A DNA stretch of 64,000 nt from Schizochytrium sp. TIO01 (taxonomy: Eukaryota; Protista; Bigyra: Labyrinthulomycetes): positions 1,464,436 through 1,528,435 of the forward strand of contig SMSO01000031.1 of assembly GCA_004764695.1 (NCBI GenBank), read 5' to 3'. The notes under the pieces are model-generated. The model had not been told where the DNA came from. It did no database searches and worked only from the letters and a program-made list of their open reading frames with translations. This document shows positions 1 to 10,352 of this stretch, piece after piece; the first letter of the stretch is position 1, and every line of letters starts with the position of its first letter. Made by a program: the position numbers and the translations under genes.

Positions 1-616
1 GATTTTTGATTAGTTTTTCCCCTCTGAAAGGAACCGTTCCAAACATGTCTATGTTCTTTCAATAGAAAACTCCATTGTTGGAACTGGAGATGCTTGGCAT
101 GATCAAATACGAGAATAGTGAGGGACCTCATATCTGGACAGAGCGTCTCAACGGAGACAACGCTGCGTAGATTCGTCGTTCTACACCCATTCACATGCGG
201 TCTTCTCTCCAGCGAGGCTCCACTCAGATATACGAAGACTTTGCATGGCTTCGTGATTGCAGTTTCGCCCAAACTCACACGGAGTGCCGAAGAATTCTTT
301 CTTCTCGATGTAGTCTATATTTGTTACTTATTTATAACATTGTCCCCACATCTAGGTTTTTAATATGACGTATATTGTTATAAAATGTTTACAATATGAC
401 ACCGCGGGGCAACTCTGGTTTAAGGTAGGTGACCTAGCTTAAGGGGCAAAGGCGCGGGTGGCCAGGATGACTTGAGCACCAGACTTGCATTTGGAGACGT
501 CTTGGCGCGAGATCCTGCGGCGACGTTGTGCCGCAAGCTCGCGATCGAGGGTTGACTCTTGCAGCTTAGACTTTGGGCGGCTGCCGCAACCTGTTTCGGC
601 GGTCCTGTAGGCCAGG

Positions 617-3600
617 ATGGCGGACTACGCGTCGGATTCGAGCTCTGACGCAGACCTGAACGAGTTCCTAGGCCTTCCACAGGACTTTGAGCTCCCTGAC
701 GGTCCTGATGATGAGATCGACGAGGCTGACGATGGTGATCTTAACGGCGCTGGTGTCTTCAACTCCAAAAAGGGCTCTGGAGTTGCGAAACCTCTTTACT
801 CGCTGCGACTTGTCGAGCGTCTCGCTCTCGAGAGCAATGCCGAGGGTCTCGAAGATGTTCTTGTGGCTGCATCGGCTGCTGCAGATGACCGCGAGGAGCT
901 CCGTGACGAGCCTGAAGTGAAAGAGCTCCAACTTGAGGTCCTTCGCATGGCGTGCGCTCTTGCCCAAGGCGATTTCTTCGAGGTCCTCGCCTCTCCTGCG
1001 GCGCAAGGCCTCTTTGCCGCAGAAGATCTTAAGAAGGGATACTCTGTAAGTCGCGTTAAAAACCGTGAAGGTCGTTTTCTTCATGAGCGTGTTGTTGAGC
1101 ACATCGAGACTGGTATTGGCCCCTGCACAGGTCGCAGCTCCTTCAAGGACCCGAGTGTCTCGAGTCCTGAGGACCACGTAAACCAACGTGCTCTGCGAGC
1201 TATGGCCTGCATGTTCGCAGGTGTTGCTTGTCTTCACATCTTCGTCCAGGCCAACTGGACAGGTCCTCCTGTCTCTAGCCATGGTATTGACAAGTTCTAC
1301 CCCCTCCCTTTTGTTCGCGGCGTCTACGACAACCCCAATGCCCCCAAGAATTCTGTAGATACTAGCTCCAAGTCTGCCTCTGAGCCGGGTCTCAGGTATG
1401 TGGAGACTGCTCTCTCCGCTCTCGCCTCCGATGCTAAGGCTGCTGCCGCTGTGTCTGGCAAGGATGCCAGCTTCCACGAGTCACAGTTGGACGCGTATCC
1501 GGAGCTCCACGCAAGAACAGCTCTTATGCTTGGCGCGAACGGTGAGGAGGTTTACCGTGATGCCAAGTACCTTCACTTCTTGCTTGTTGCTCGCGTCATT
1601 CTTCGCGTCGTCGCTAATCCGACAGTAACCCCTGGTGCTGTGGACCCAACTGATATGCTCGCTGAGGCTCGCCTTGTGGACGAGAACGGGGCTGTCATTG
1701 GCGCTGATGAAGATGAAGAAGATGGCGAGGACGATCTTCCCGGAAAGACCAACGGCGGCATGAGCGCTAACCCTCATGAGCAGATCTCCAACACAGTCCG
1801 CGGAGCTCTTCGGCATTTGCTGACACCTAGCTGGTGGGCAGCACGATCTGCTGTTGTTCACCAGGAGACCCTTGAAGCCAAGGAGGCAGCGGCTCCTAGC
1901 CTCGAGCAGGAGGCAGAGAGAGGATTTGCTCGCACGGTCCGAGCAGTGCAGATCATGTACCCAGATGATAAACTTCTGGAGTCCCTCGTGTGGGTTGAAT
2001 GCGGTGTAGCACGGCACAAGTTCAAGGCTGCAGATGGAGCTAAGCGTGCTTTTGCAAAGGCAAAGGAAACAGCACAGCTGAATATTCAGATGACTGGTGT
2101 AATGGGAAAGCGTACCAAGTTTCAGAAACAAGAGAAGACCCAGCTTATTCTTCTTGCATCGTCAGCTACCACCAAAGACCCAGAAACTCGCGAGCAAGAC
2201 ACTGAAGCTCCTAAGAATTCTAATTCCCCTGCAGTCAAGGCCATCGAGACCGAGGTACCCAACGAGATTGTGGCAGAGGATGATAATGATGCAACTGAGG
2301 AAGAGAACGGTGGCGAGATTGTAGGATCCACTTCTGTTCTCGGTATCCCCAAGGTGCGCCTCGAAGAAGTTGACGCTGAGACTCCACTTCACGAGGAGAT
2401 CCAGTACGCAAAGGAGACCAGTGATGAGGAGGCTCGCATGCGCCGCGGAACGTTGAGCCTTTTGGACCAATGTATCGTGCTCGGCTTGTGTATGGATGTG
2501 AAGAACAGCTACGCTATGGAGGCTCTCACTGCAGAGGAGATGCTTGCTTACGTGGAGCGTGTCCTCCAGAGTCCTGAAAACTGGATGGTATACTCCACTG
2601 CACTTCTAATTAAGTCTCAGCTTGAGTTTGAGCGCAACAAGACCAAGGAGCGTGCCATTTTACAGATGCAAGTCCTCGTTGACCAGCAGACTGACCGGCT
2701 CACACCAACACAGCCTCGCCAGCGTGACGTGGACAACGCTGCCCCAGTGACCGAGCGTCTCGCCTTTCTGCACGCGCTATCCTGGCCCGCAGTTTGGGAG
2801 CTCAAGCGCGGCCTCGCGCAATTGTACTATGAAGTGGGCGCTGCTGGTAGTGCGTTGCAGATCTTTGAGGAGGTTCGTCTTTGGGAAGAGGCTGTGGACT
2901 GCCTTGTGATCATGGACAAGCGCGCTCGTGCTGAGAAGTTGATCCGTGAGCGCCTTGCGGTTGAGCCCACTGCACACCTTATGTGCGTTTTGGGCTCTTT
3001 GCTTCAGGATGAGGACTGGTTCAGCAAGGCGTGGAAGTTTTCTGGCAAGCGCCATGCGCGTGCTAAGCGTGAATTGGCCCTCATGGCATTTGACCGCGGT
3101 GATTTGCAGGAGAGTATTGACCATCTTCAGGATGCCCTTAAGATCAACCCGTTGTACCCGGAGTCGTGGTTCCGCCTTGGCTCATGCGCTATGCGCCTTG
3201 AACAGTGGACCTTGGCCCGTACAGCCTTTGCGCATGTGACTCGCCAGGATCCGGATAGCGGTGATGCTTGGGCTAACTTGAGTTCGATTTTGATTCAGCT
3301 CAACGACTACCCTGCTGCCTTGAAGGCTGTTATTGAGGCCGTTCGTCAGTCACGTTCCAACTGGCGTATTTGGGAGAACTACATTATGTTGGCTGTCAAC
3401 ACTCATCAGTGGGGTATGGCCATTGATGGTATGAGCAACCTTGTGGATGTGCGCGCTGGCACTCGTGAGGCCATTGCTGAGATGGTTGACTTACAGAGTC
3501 TCCTTGTAGTTGTAGATGCCTTGGTCTCTGTCCGTAAGTCGGATTCTCAGACCTCTAGTGAAGACCCGCACACGCCGGAGGCCCCTCGTAAGGAGATGAG

Positions 3601-4027
3601 CCCTGAACTTGTGTCTAGTTTGCGCGCACAATTGGAGGAACTCTTTGACAAAATGCGTTCTAAGTGTAAGAGTGAGCCCAACATGTGGAAGGTCATGAGT
3701 ATTTATTACGATGGTATTAATGACCTGCCCAAGGTCCGCGACTGCCTTGTAAAGCGCATCCGTTCGCTTATGCAACAGGAAGTTGAGTGGGACCGTGATG
3801 AGCTCAAGGCTGAGCGCATCATTGCTGTAGCTCTTGATTTGCACGCTCGCTTCACCGACCACCTCGAGCGCGACCCTACACTTGTCAACGATGAGCAGGC
3901 CCGTAAGGCTGTGATTGACCAGGCAATCCAGTTTCCCCGCATTATCTTGGACAAGCTCAAGGCCAATGAAGACTTGCCGGCCACCGTGTACGCGTCCTTG
4001 GAGGACTTCGTTACATCGTCGCAGTAA
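617..4027 (+). CDS. TTC27: Tetratricopeptide repeat protein 27 / EMW1-like (1136 aa)
   Basis: Long uninterrupted ORF with biased codon use. Family-like motifs FVQANWTGP, TGVMGKRTKFQ and NWMVYSTALL..SQLE....TKERA.LQMQ.LVDQ, followed by TPRs (ALKINPLYPESWFRLG, DPDSGDAWANLS, NWRIWENY). Confidence 0.9.
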   Translation: MADYASDSSSDADLNEFLGLPQDFELPDGPDDEIDEADDGDLNGAGVFNSKKGSGVAKPLYSLRLVERLALESNAEGLEDVLVAASAAADDREELRDEPEVKELQLEVLRMACALAQGDFFEVLASPAAQGLFAAEDLKKGYSVSRVKNREGRFLHERVVEHIETGIGPCTGRSSFKDPSVSSPEDHVNQRALRAMACMFAGVACLHIFVQANWTGPPVSSHGIDKFYPLPFVRGVYDNPNAPKNSVDTSSKSASEPGLRYVETALSALASDAKAAAAVSGKDASFHESQLDAYPELHARTALMLGANGEEVYRDAKYLHFLLVARVILRVVANPTVTPGAVDPTDMLAEARLVDENGAVIGADEDEEDGEDDLPGKTNGGMSANPHEQISNTVRGALRHLLTPSWWAARSAVVHQETLEAKEAAAPSLEQEAERGFARTVRAVQIMYPDDKLLESLVWVECGVARHKFKAADGAKRAFAKAKETAQLNIQMTGVMGKRTKFQKQEKTQLILLASSATTKDPETREQDTEAPKNSNSPAVKAIETEVPNEIVAEDDNDATEEENGGEIVGSTSVLGIPKVRLEEVDAETPLHEEIQYAKETSDEEARMRRGTLSLLDQCIVLGLCMDVKNSYAMEALTAEEMLAYVERVLQSPENWMVYSTALLIKSQLEFERNKTKERAILQMQVLVDQQTDRLTPTQPRQRDVDNAAPVTERLAFLHALSWPAVWELKRGLAQLYYEVGAAGSALQIFEEVRLWEEAVDCLVIMDKRARAEKLIRERLAVEPTAHLMCVLGSLLQDEDWFSKAWKFSGKRHARAKRELALMAFDRGDLQESIDHLQDALKINPLYPESWFRLGSCAMRLEQWTLARTAFAHVTRQDPDSGDAWANLSSILIQLNDYPAALKAVIEAVRQSRSNWRIWENYIMLAVNTHQWGMAIDGMSNLVDVRAGTREAIAEMVDLQSLLVVVDALVSVRKSDSQTSSEDPHTPEAPRKEMSPELVSSLRAQLEELFDKMRSKCKSEPNMWKVMSIYYDGINDLPKVRDCLVKRIRSLMQQEVEWDRDELKAERIIAVALDLHARFTDHLERDPTLVNDEQARKAVIDQAIQFPRIILDKLKANEDLPATVYASLEDFVTSSQ

Positions 4028-6370
4028 ATAGCTAGTACGCTGGCTGCACTAATTTGCTCGTTGACCAATTGATGGATGCGGTGCACCTATTTGCAAGCCA
4101 CTCTTTACTACGACTACACTGGTTTCACCGTCATCCCTTTTCACTTCTCTAATCTCTCTGTTCTTGCCCTACTAATACTTTCTAATCAATCCTGCAATTT
4201 CTCACGTTTCTGTATTGCATTACACTCGATTCTCATGCATTCATAGACACTCATTGTTCTTTTCTAACTCTTCTAGCCCGCACGTTGTTCACCCTGCTGA
4301 CGAGCTGAAGCAACATCATGATGTTGATGCAGCTAGTCATGGAATGAAGGAATGGAAATTATTTTCTGCCTTCCACTCACTCATATTACTAGATTGACTA
4401 TTCCATAATTGACCAGGCACTCACTGCCTGCCTGGGCAAACACTGCAATTCCTGGGATGCTCGAGGTGCGTCGTGTCACTTCCACATGATCATCGCTGAT
4501 CTTCACCTCTGCGGAAAGTCCATGAAGGTATATCTTCCGGCACCTGGCCCGCATCTTTCTCTGACGCTCAGCATTACGCAGTATGGAAGATCCAAGGTCA
4601 TGCGAGCTGGCAATCTTCCTCTGCCTGAGCCGAAGCTCGTGCATGCACAGCACATCCTTCGCTTTTGTTTGCTTGTTCTTTCAGACTTGAGAACTCAATT
4701 TTAGTTTTCTTCATTTTTAATTAAAAGCAAACTAGCCAACTGGCTAACTAACTTGAGCTAAGCAACTAGAAAAATTAAAACAAGAGTTTCTGTCCTGAGT
4801 GACCACAAGAACTTCGAGGCCCCTTTCCTCTGCGTCCAAGCTGTCGCTCCTTCGGCACAGAGGCCCGCGATGGTCGATCGGCGAGTCGGCATGTGCTTAC
4901 CTCATCGCAAGCCTTCTTGCAACCAGGGATGCGAATGCGATACCATCGTTCTGCGGATTCCCGAGGCCACCCATATTCAAGACGCTCATTTCATGGTTCT
5001 CGACAAACAGCGCCTTCGCTCAACGACCGCCAAGAAGAAGAAGAACAACAACAAGAACAACACAAGAACAACAAGTGGCAGCTCGTGCACCCAATCATCC
5101 AATCATCCAAGCATCCCGAGCGAGAGCGAATCGTCACCTCTTCGGTCGCTCGTCTCCAGCTTGTGCACGGAGTGCAGCTTGTGCACGGAGTGGATGGGTC
5201 GATGGGTTGATCGATGTCGATGTCGATGGACGGAGTTCGCATTCCAAGCCATCGATCGCCCTCTTCGTTTGTCCACTCACTCAGTTCTGCGCATCGTAAT
5301 GTGCGACGCGAGAAAAGAGCGACAGCTTCAAAAACGGTGCGCACCATATTGGATCCCGGCACACCCGGCAGGGCCAAGATCACGAACCAAGGCCGTGCAT
5401 GCCTCGCGACCTGGCAGCCCTGGAGCCTCGAGCCGATGCCCTCGCTGGGCGTGCCCTCCGCCGCTGCCTCCGCCTGCGCTGCTTTGAGCCACTCTTCAGA
5501 AGGTCCTTCCTGAGATCGAAGGAAGTCTCGCGGAGGTCGGCGCTGGTGCAGGCCTGGTTCGCTGCCTGCTTTTCAGAGGCCCTTCGCGCGGGACCCCGTT
5601 TCTCCGCCGCGGTCTCGCGCGGGCTCGTATAAAAAATATCCAGCTGTAGCCTGCGACGCGTGCGTGCAGCTCTGCGGATTCACATGACCGTCGCCGCCGC
5701 AGAGGCGGCGCTGCATTTTGCCAAAGTTGGGCAGATTTGGGCTCTGCGCATGAGCCTCTCGGGTCAGCGCTGTTTCTCTCTCTCTTTTTTCTTCTTGTTT
5801 TCTCTTTTCTTCCCACGAGGCGGTCTTAGACGTACCTCCTAAGTGCCTACTAAGAGCCCTGAGAAAGAACTTTTATCTCTACCTCGCTTTACTACTTTAA
5901 AAGCTTTATTATTTTTATTTTTTTATTTCATTTTTTACTTACTTATTTTTACATGAAGGAAGAAGAAGGACCATGTTTTTCTTGTTACTAAACTTTTAAA
6001 TAAATAAAAACGTTTCTTTTCATCCCAAATTCTCTTCACAGAGCTGAGAGGAATAAATAAAGAAAACGGCTCAGGTCAGAAACACTAACTTACTGTTACT
6101 GGTTTACTTAGCAATTAACTCCGTCTATTCTGGGGTACCATTGTTCGTTCGTTCGATGGTTCGTTCGATGGTTTGTTTATTTGTTTATGAAAAAGCAAAC
6201 GCTCGAAGAGCGACCGTGAAAGGCTTTGAGCTGAAGAGGCACTAACTAACTAACCAACCAACTCACTCACTCACTCACTCACTCACTCAATTCACAGAGA
6301 GGCGGCACTGACTGCAGCGGACCACGACATGGTGGCTCAATGAAGGCTTTCGTGCGGACTCTGCTGAGGC

Positions 6371-6675
6371 TTTCCTTCTTTCTTTCTTTCTTTCTTTCTT
6401 TGCCACAATCGTAGATATGTGAGCGGTCGATGAGGAAACCGATTGAGAAAAGCTCTTCTTTCTTTCTCTCTCTCTTTCTTTCTTTCTTTCTCTCTTTCTT
6501 TCTCTCTTTCTCTCTTTCTTTTGTTTTTCTTTTGTGTTTCTTTCTGCATGGCATCATAGCAGTATCTGTAACAGATATATACAGACAGAGCTTTCCTTTT
6601 AAATCGAAAGGTTTCCTCGATTAAAGGGGTTATTAGATAGGAAAACAGAAAGAAAGAAAGAAAGAAAGAAAGAAA
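6371..6675. repeat. (CTTT)n/(CT)n and (GAAA)n microsatellites
   Basis: Direct reading of the sequence. Confidence 0.85.
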
Positions 6676-7610
6676 AACTGGTCATTCGCTCTATAGAGCA
6701 GTTGATCGCTCGCGGAACAATAGGTTATAGGGTAAAACCCACTGTGTGTTTTTTTTGTTGTATAGTGGAGAGGATAATAGTTCACTTCAGAGGTGCTTCA
6801 TAATGCATTGATTGATTGGAATTGATAAATGATAGTTATTTTCTTCGAGTTCAATTCAAATCTCTTGGGCTCGCAGCGTGGCGACCAGCAGCAGCAGCAG
6901 GCCACTAAGGCGCCCTTGCCGGCGTGTCGCACGCGTGAGCGCGCACACGTACACGCTTCAAGACGTGGAGTCGAGCCTTCTCTCCCCTGCCTCTCGCCCG
7001 CTTGTGAAGGGCGCCCGCACCTCCCCTGGTCGATTCCGGAGTAGTCGGTCGAGCTCCATCATCACTCCGCTGGAGATTACCTTCTTCACCACCTGGTCCG
7101 TTGCTGCCGTCCTGCGCAATTGACTTCAATATCAATCGCGAGGCACACCAAGCCCTCTGAGCTCAAACTGTGGTCAGCGCCTGCCTTCACGCTGCTGAGC
7201 TTGGTGCTTGCTGAAGGTCCCGTGGACAAATTGAAGTTGAGCCCAGGGCTTCGCACGGTTTCTAAGGACTGTGAGTTCCGGTTGCGACCCTAGGATTCTG
7301 CGTGGAGAGGTTGGCCTATTTGCTCAAACCTTCACTTGCTTGCCTGCTCTCTTGCACTTCTTGTCTGCAGCGGCTGCTGGTAAATTCTGTGCTATTTTCT
7401 GGACGTTTGGAGGACGGTCCATATTGACTAATAGAAAAAGGAGCAGTTGCAGTCTTAAAACAAGAAACACGCTTGTCGTTGGGACTGAGCGATTGCAACG
7501 TTTTGTGGATATCATTAGGTGAAAAGATTAATTGGAGAGATTCTGTGAATCCTTAACTCGCATTACCGTATACTCTGGCAACGATATTAATCTCGTGAGT
7601 GACAAACACA

Positions 7611-8981
7611 ATGGCGGAGAATGCTGCTGCGCTATTGCGCAAAGCTGAGACAGAGGAGGCGCTTGCGAGCGAGGTCCTGGAGGGCGGTTTGAACCCTGCT
7701 CTTCAAGTCTCTGGAGAGCGCAAGACACCTGCAGAGCTTGAGGAAGCTGAAGATGATGAATCAGATGAGGTATTTGTGCAAATCAAAATGTTGCTCAAGT
7801 CTGCCATGAACAGCGGTCAACTGAGGTCACTTGCGCGTGCCATCGTGCTAGCGTGGCAAGCTGGCTACGACTCGAAACTTCTGCGACAGGCAGAACCGAA
7901 GATGGTGCGCAAGGCTCAAGAAGTGCGTTTGAGCGTAGACTTGCAAAAGGCTGTTTCTGATAGGGACCGGCTGCGACTTTCCGACTGTCTTGGACTAGCA
8001 ACAGAGCTTGGCTTGACTCAGGCTAATTACCCGCCCCTTGGACCAGCCCTTCGTCTAAATCGAGAACTAGAGGAGGAGATCCGAAGAACGCAGGATGAGG
8101 CGCGTCCAGGCCATACCGAAAAGATGCATGGGGTGATTGCCGAGCTGCATCGCAAGTTAATTGGCCATGATGTTGTAGAGCTGCAGAAAATTGTAATCGA
8201 AGAAGCCGAAGTAGCTGAAGCCTCCATGAAGGTAAATAATGCCAAACTTGATGATGCACTTGCACGTCTTAAAAAGTGCAGAGCGATGCACACTTGCTCT
8301 GCCAAGCTTTCTGAGCTTCGAGACCTTCAAGAAATTTTTCACGAAGTGAACCCCCGTAATCTTGAGCAGGCAGTCAAACTTTTATCAGAACAGGTGGATG
8401 ATCTGCGTGAGGATAATGCGCGCCTTATGCTGTCTATGCGCCAGCAGGGTTGCGAGCGAGATACCGGTGAACCTGGCACCAAGGCTGATGTTGTCATTCA
8501 AGACTCGGGAAGTGAAATAATGATCAATGGCGAGGCTGTCTCGGAGGAGATCAACGGCTTACACGCGCGTATCGCAGAACTTGAGGAGAACGAAGAAGTT
8601 CTCAAGGGCCGCATCGATCAAGCTGCCAAACTCGGTGCCAAATGGATGGAGGAGAAAAAGAACGCGGAGATGGAGGAGCTGCGAAAGGAGCTCGCAAACA
8701 ACGCACAGGCCGCACAAGACGCACAGGCCGCTGCAAAGACCACGGATGCTGCAGAAATTGAGCTCCAGGTGAAACGAAGAGTTATGGAGATTCAGCAAAA
8801 GGAACGCAAGCTCAAGGTTGCGGCTCTTGAGGGTCTCGAGCGTAGTTTGAACAAAAGACATGAAGAAAATCTGGCGCATCAGCGCGCTCAGTTTGAGCAG
8901 CAAGCCTACGCTATGCAAATGGAGCTTGAAAATGCCTTTGCAAAGATTCGGCAGATGGAGAAACTCATGCGCATGCGATGA
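7611..8981 (+). CDS. Hypothetical coiled-coil protein (~456 aa)
   Basis: Long ORF. First ATG at 7611 in an A-rich context (aaacacaATGG); the ORF-track start at 7599 is GTG. E/K/Q/A/L-rich heptad-like C-terminal half; no recognisable domain. Confidence 0.75.
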   Translation: MAENAAALLRKAETEEALASEVLEGGLNPALQVSGERKTPAELEEAEDDESDEVFVQIKMLLKSAMNSGQLRSLARAIVLAWQAGYDSKLLRQAEPKMVRKAQEVRLSVDLQKAVSDRDRLRLSDCLGLATELGLTQANYPPLGPALRLNRELEEEIRRTQDEARPGHTEKMHGVIAELHRKLIGHDVVELQKIVIEEAEVAEASMKVNNAKLDDALARLKKCRAMHTCSAKLSELRDLQEIFHEVNPRNLEQAVKLLSEQVDDLREDNARLMLSMRQQGCERDTGEPGTKADVVIQDSGSEIMINGEAVSEEINGLHARIAELEENEEVLKGRIDQAAKLGAKWMEEKKNAEMEELRKELANNAQAAQDAQAAAKTTDAAEIELQVKRRVMEIQQKERKLKVAALEGLERSLNKRHEENLAHQRAQFEQQAYAMQMELENAFAKIRQMEKLMRMR

Positions 8982-10352
8982 TTTCCCCCAAATGCATGCC
9001 TCCATAATCGCCCTACACACGTATTATCTTTTTGTGCATTTCTCTCTACTGAATCTTTTTGCCGCAAACAATACTCACAAACTCAAACATCCTTTTGTTT
9101 AGAACCTTGACAGCAACTTTCACTCGCCCATTCAATCAATCACATAAAGCGTACCCTACTCTAACAATCTACTCATTCTACTATGTGGCGCCCTCCTGTA
9201 TAAGGGCCCCCTCGTTTTTGTTTTCCAATCATGTTTGCCTCCTTGCACAGCTATTTTCAGCTCGTTTTTGTTTGTCACACCATGCAGGTAAAGAAGACTA
9301 TTTTTTTTTGTAAGGCGAACGTACCCCATCTATGTCCTCTGATTCTTCAGTAAAGGCTCCAGTACTTTAAAACTTGTGCAGACAAGTTTTAATGGTGCAA
9401 TTAGGAAGACTACGAAACATTATTAATCGTTAGCTCAGTAACCCCTGGACTAGCATGACGTTTTGTTCTTGGACATCATTTACAATCTTACTGCTGAAGT
9501 TTTTACTCACGTGGAGAGATTCTTAGATTAGTGAAGGTGAACTTTTGCTACCATCTCTGTTTCTTCGCTATACATGTATGCAAAGTATTCGTAATCGTCT
9601 CTTTTACATTTGTGGATATATAATATATATATAATAAGTAGGAAGGGAAGCACTTGAACGAAAGAAATAGATATGAATTTGATGGAACCAAATAGTATGA
9701 TGACCTGCTATGTCCGTAACATCCTTTTTCAACAATTAGTAGGAAAGGAGATACCTATGGACTCTGATGAGAGCATTAAATAAGCTCGAAATAAAATTAA
9801 TTCAAATTATCATTAGGCTTCTGTGCTATGCATTTGGAGTCGGCCAAGGCAAGGAATATCTTAAACAACACGTTGTGTTGCACTTCAATCAACCCCCACG
9901 CCTCCTCCTCCGTCAACCTGCGTCAGAGGAGGTGTAGGAAGATAGCTGGAAAGGAGGTTACAAGTAAGCAGCTGCTGTGGATTTTACAAGTAAGCACATT
10001 GTTCTTTTGAGAAAAAACAACTTAACACCAGAAACGTACTTACTAGTACAGTAGGGAAAGTAATGCATATTTGAATGTTTGTTTTCTTTTTAATTTCTTT
10101 GATGTATGATATGTTATGTACTCGAGGAATGTAAGTAAATAGCGACATGCGAGTAAAGAAACCAAGAGACCTTTTGAAGTATTGATTTCATGGTAGCCAA
10201 GGCCCCTTTCATTTTGTTCTGCTGATGTCAGTGTATTGTGAGACAACAACCAAAAGAGCTATAACTAACAGGCTACTGGCATTACCGTGTGTATGGAATA
10301 GCTAGACATAAATTGCTAGCCATGCCAAGTTTTCTAGACAGATATAACTCGC

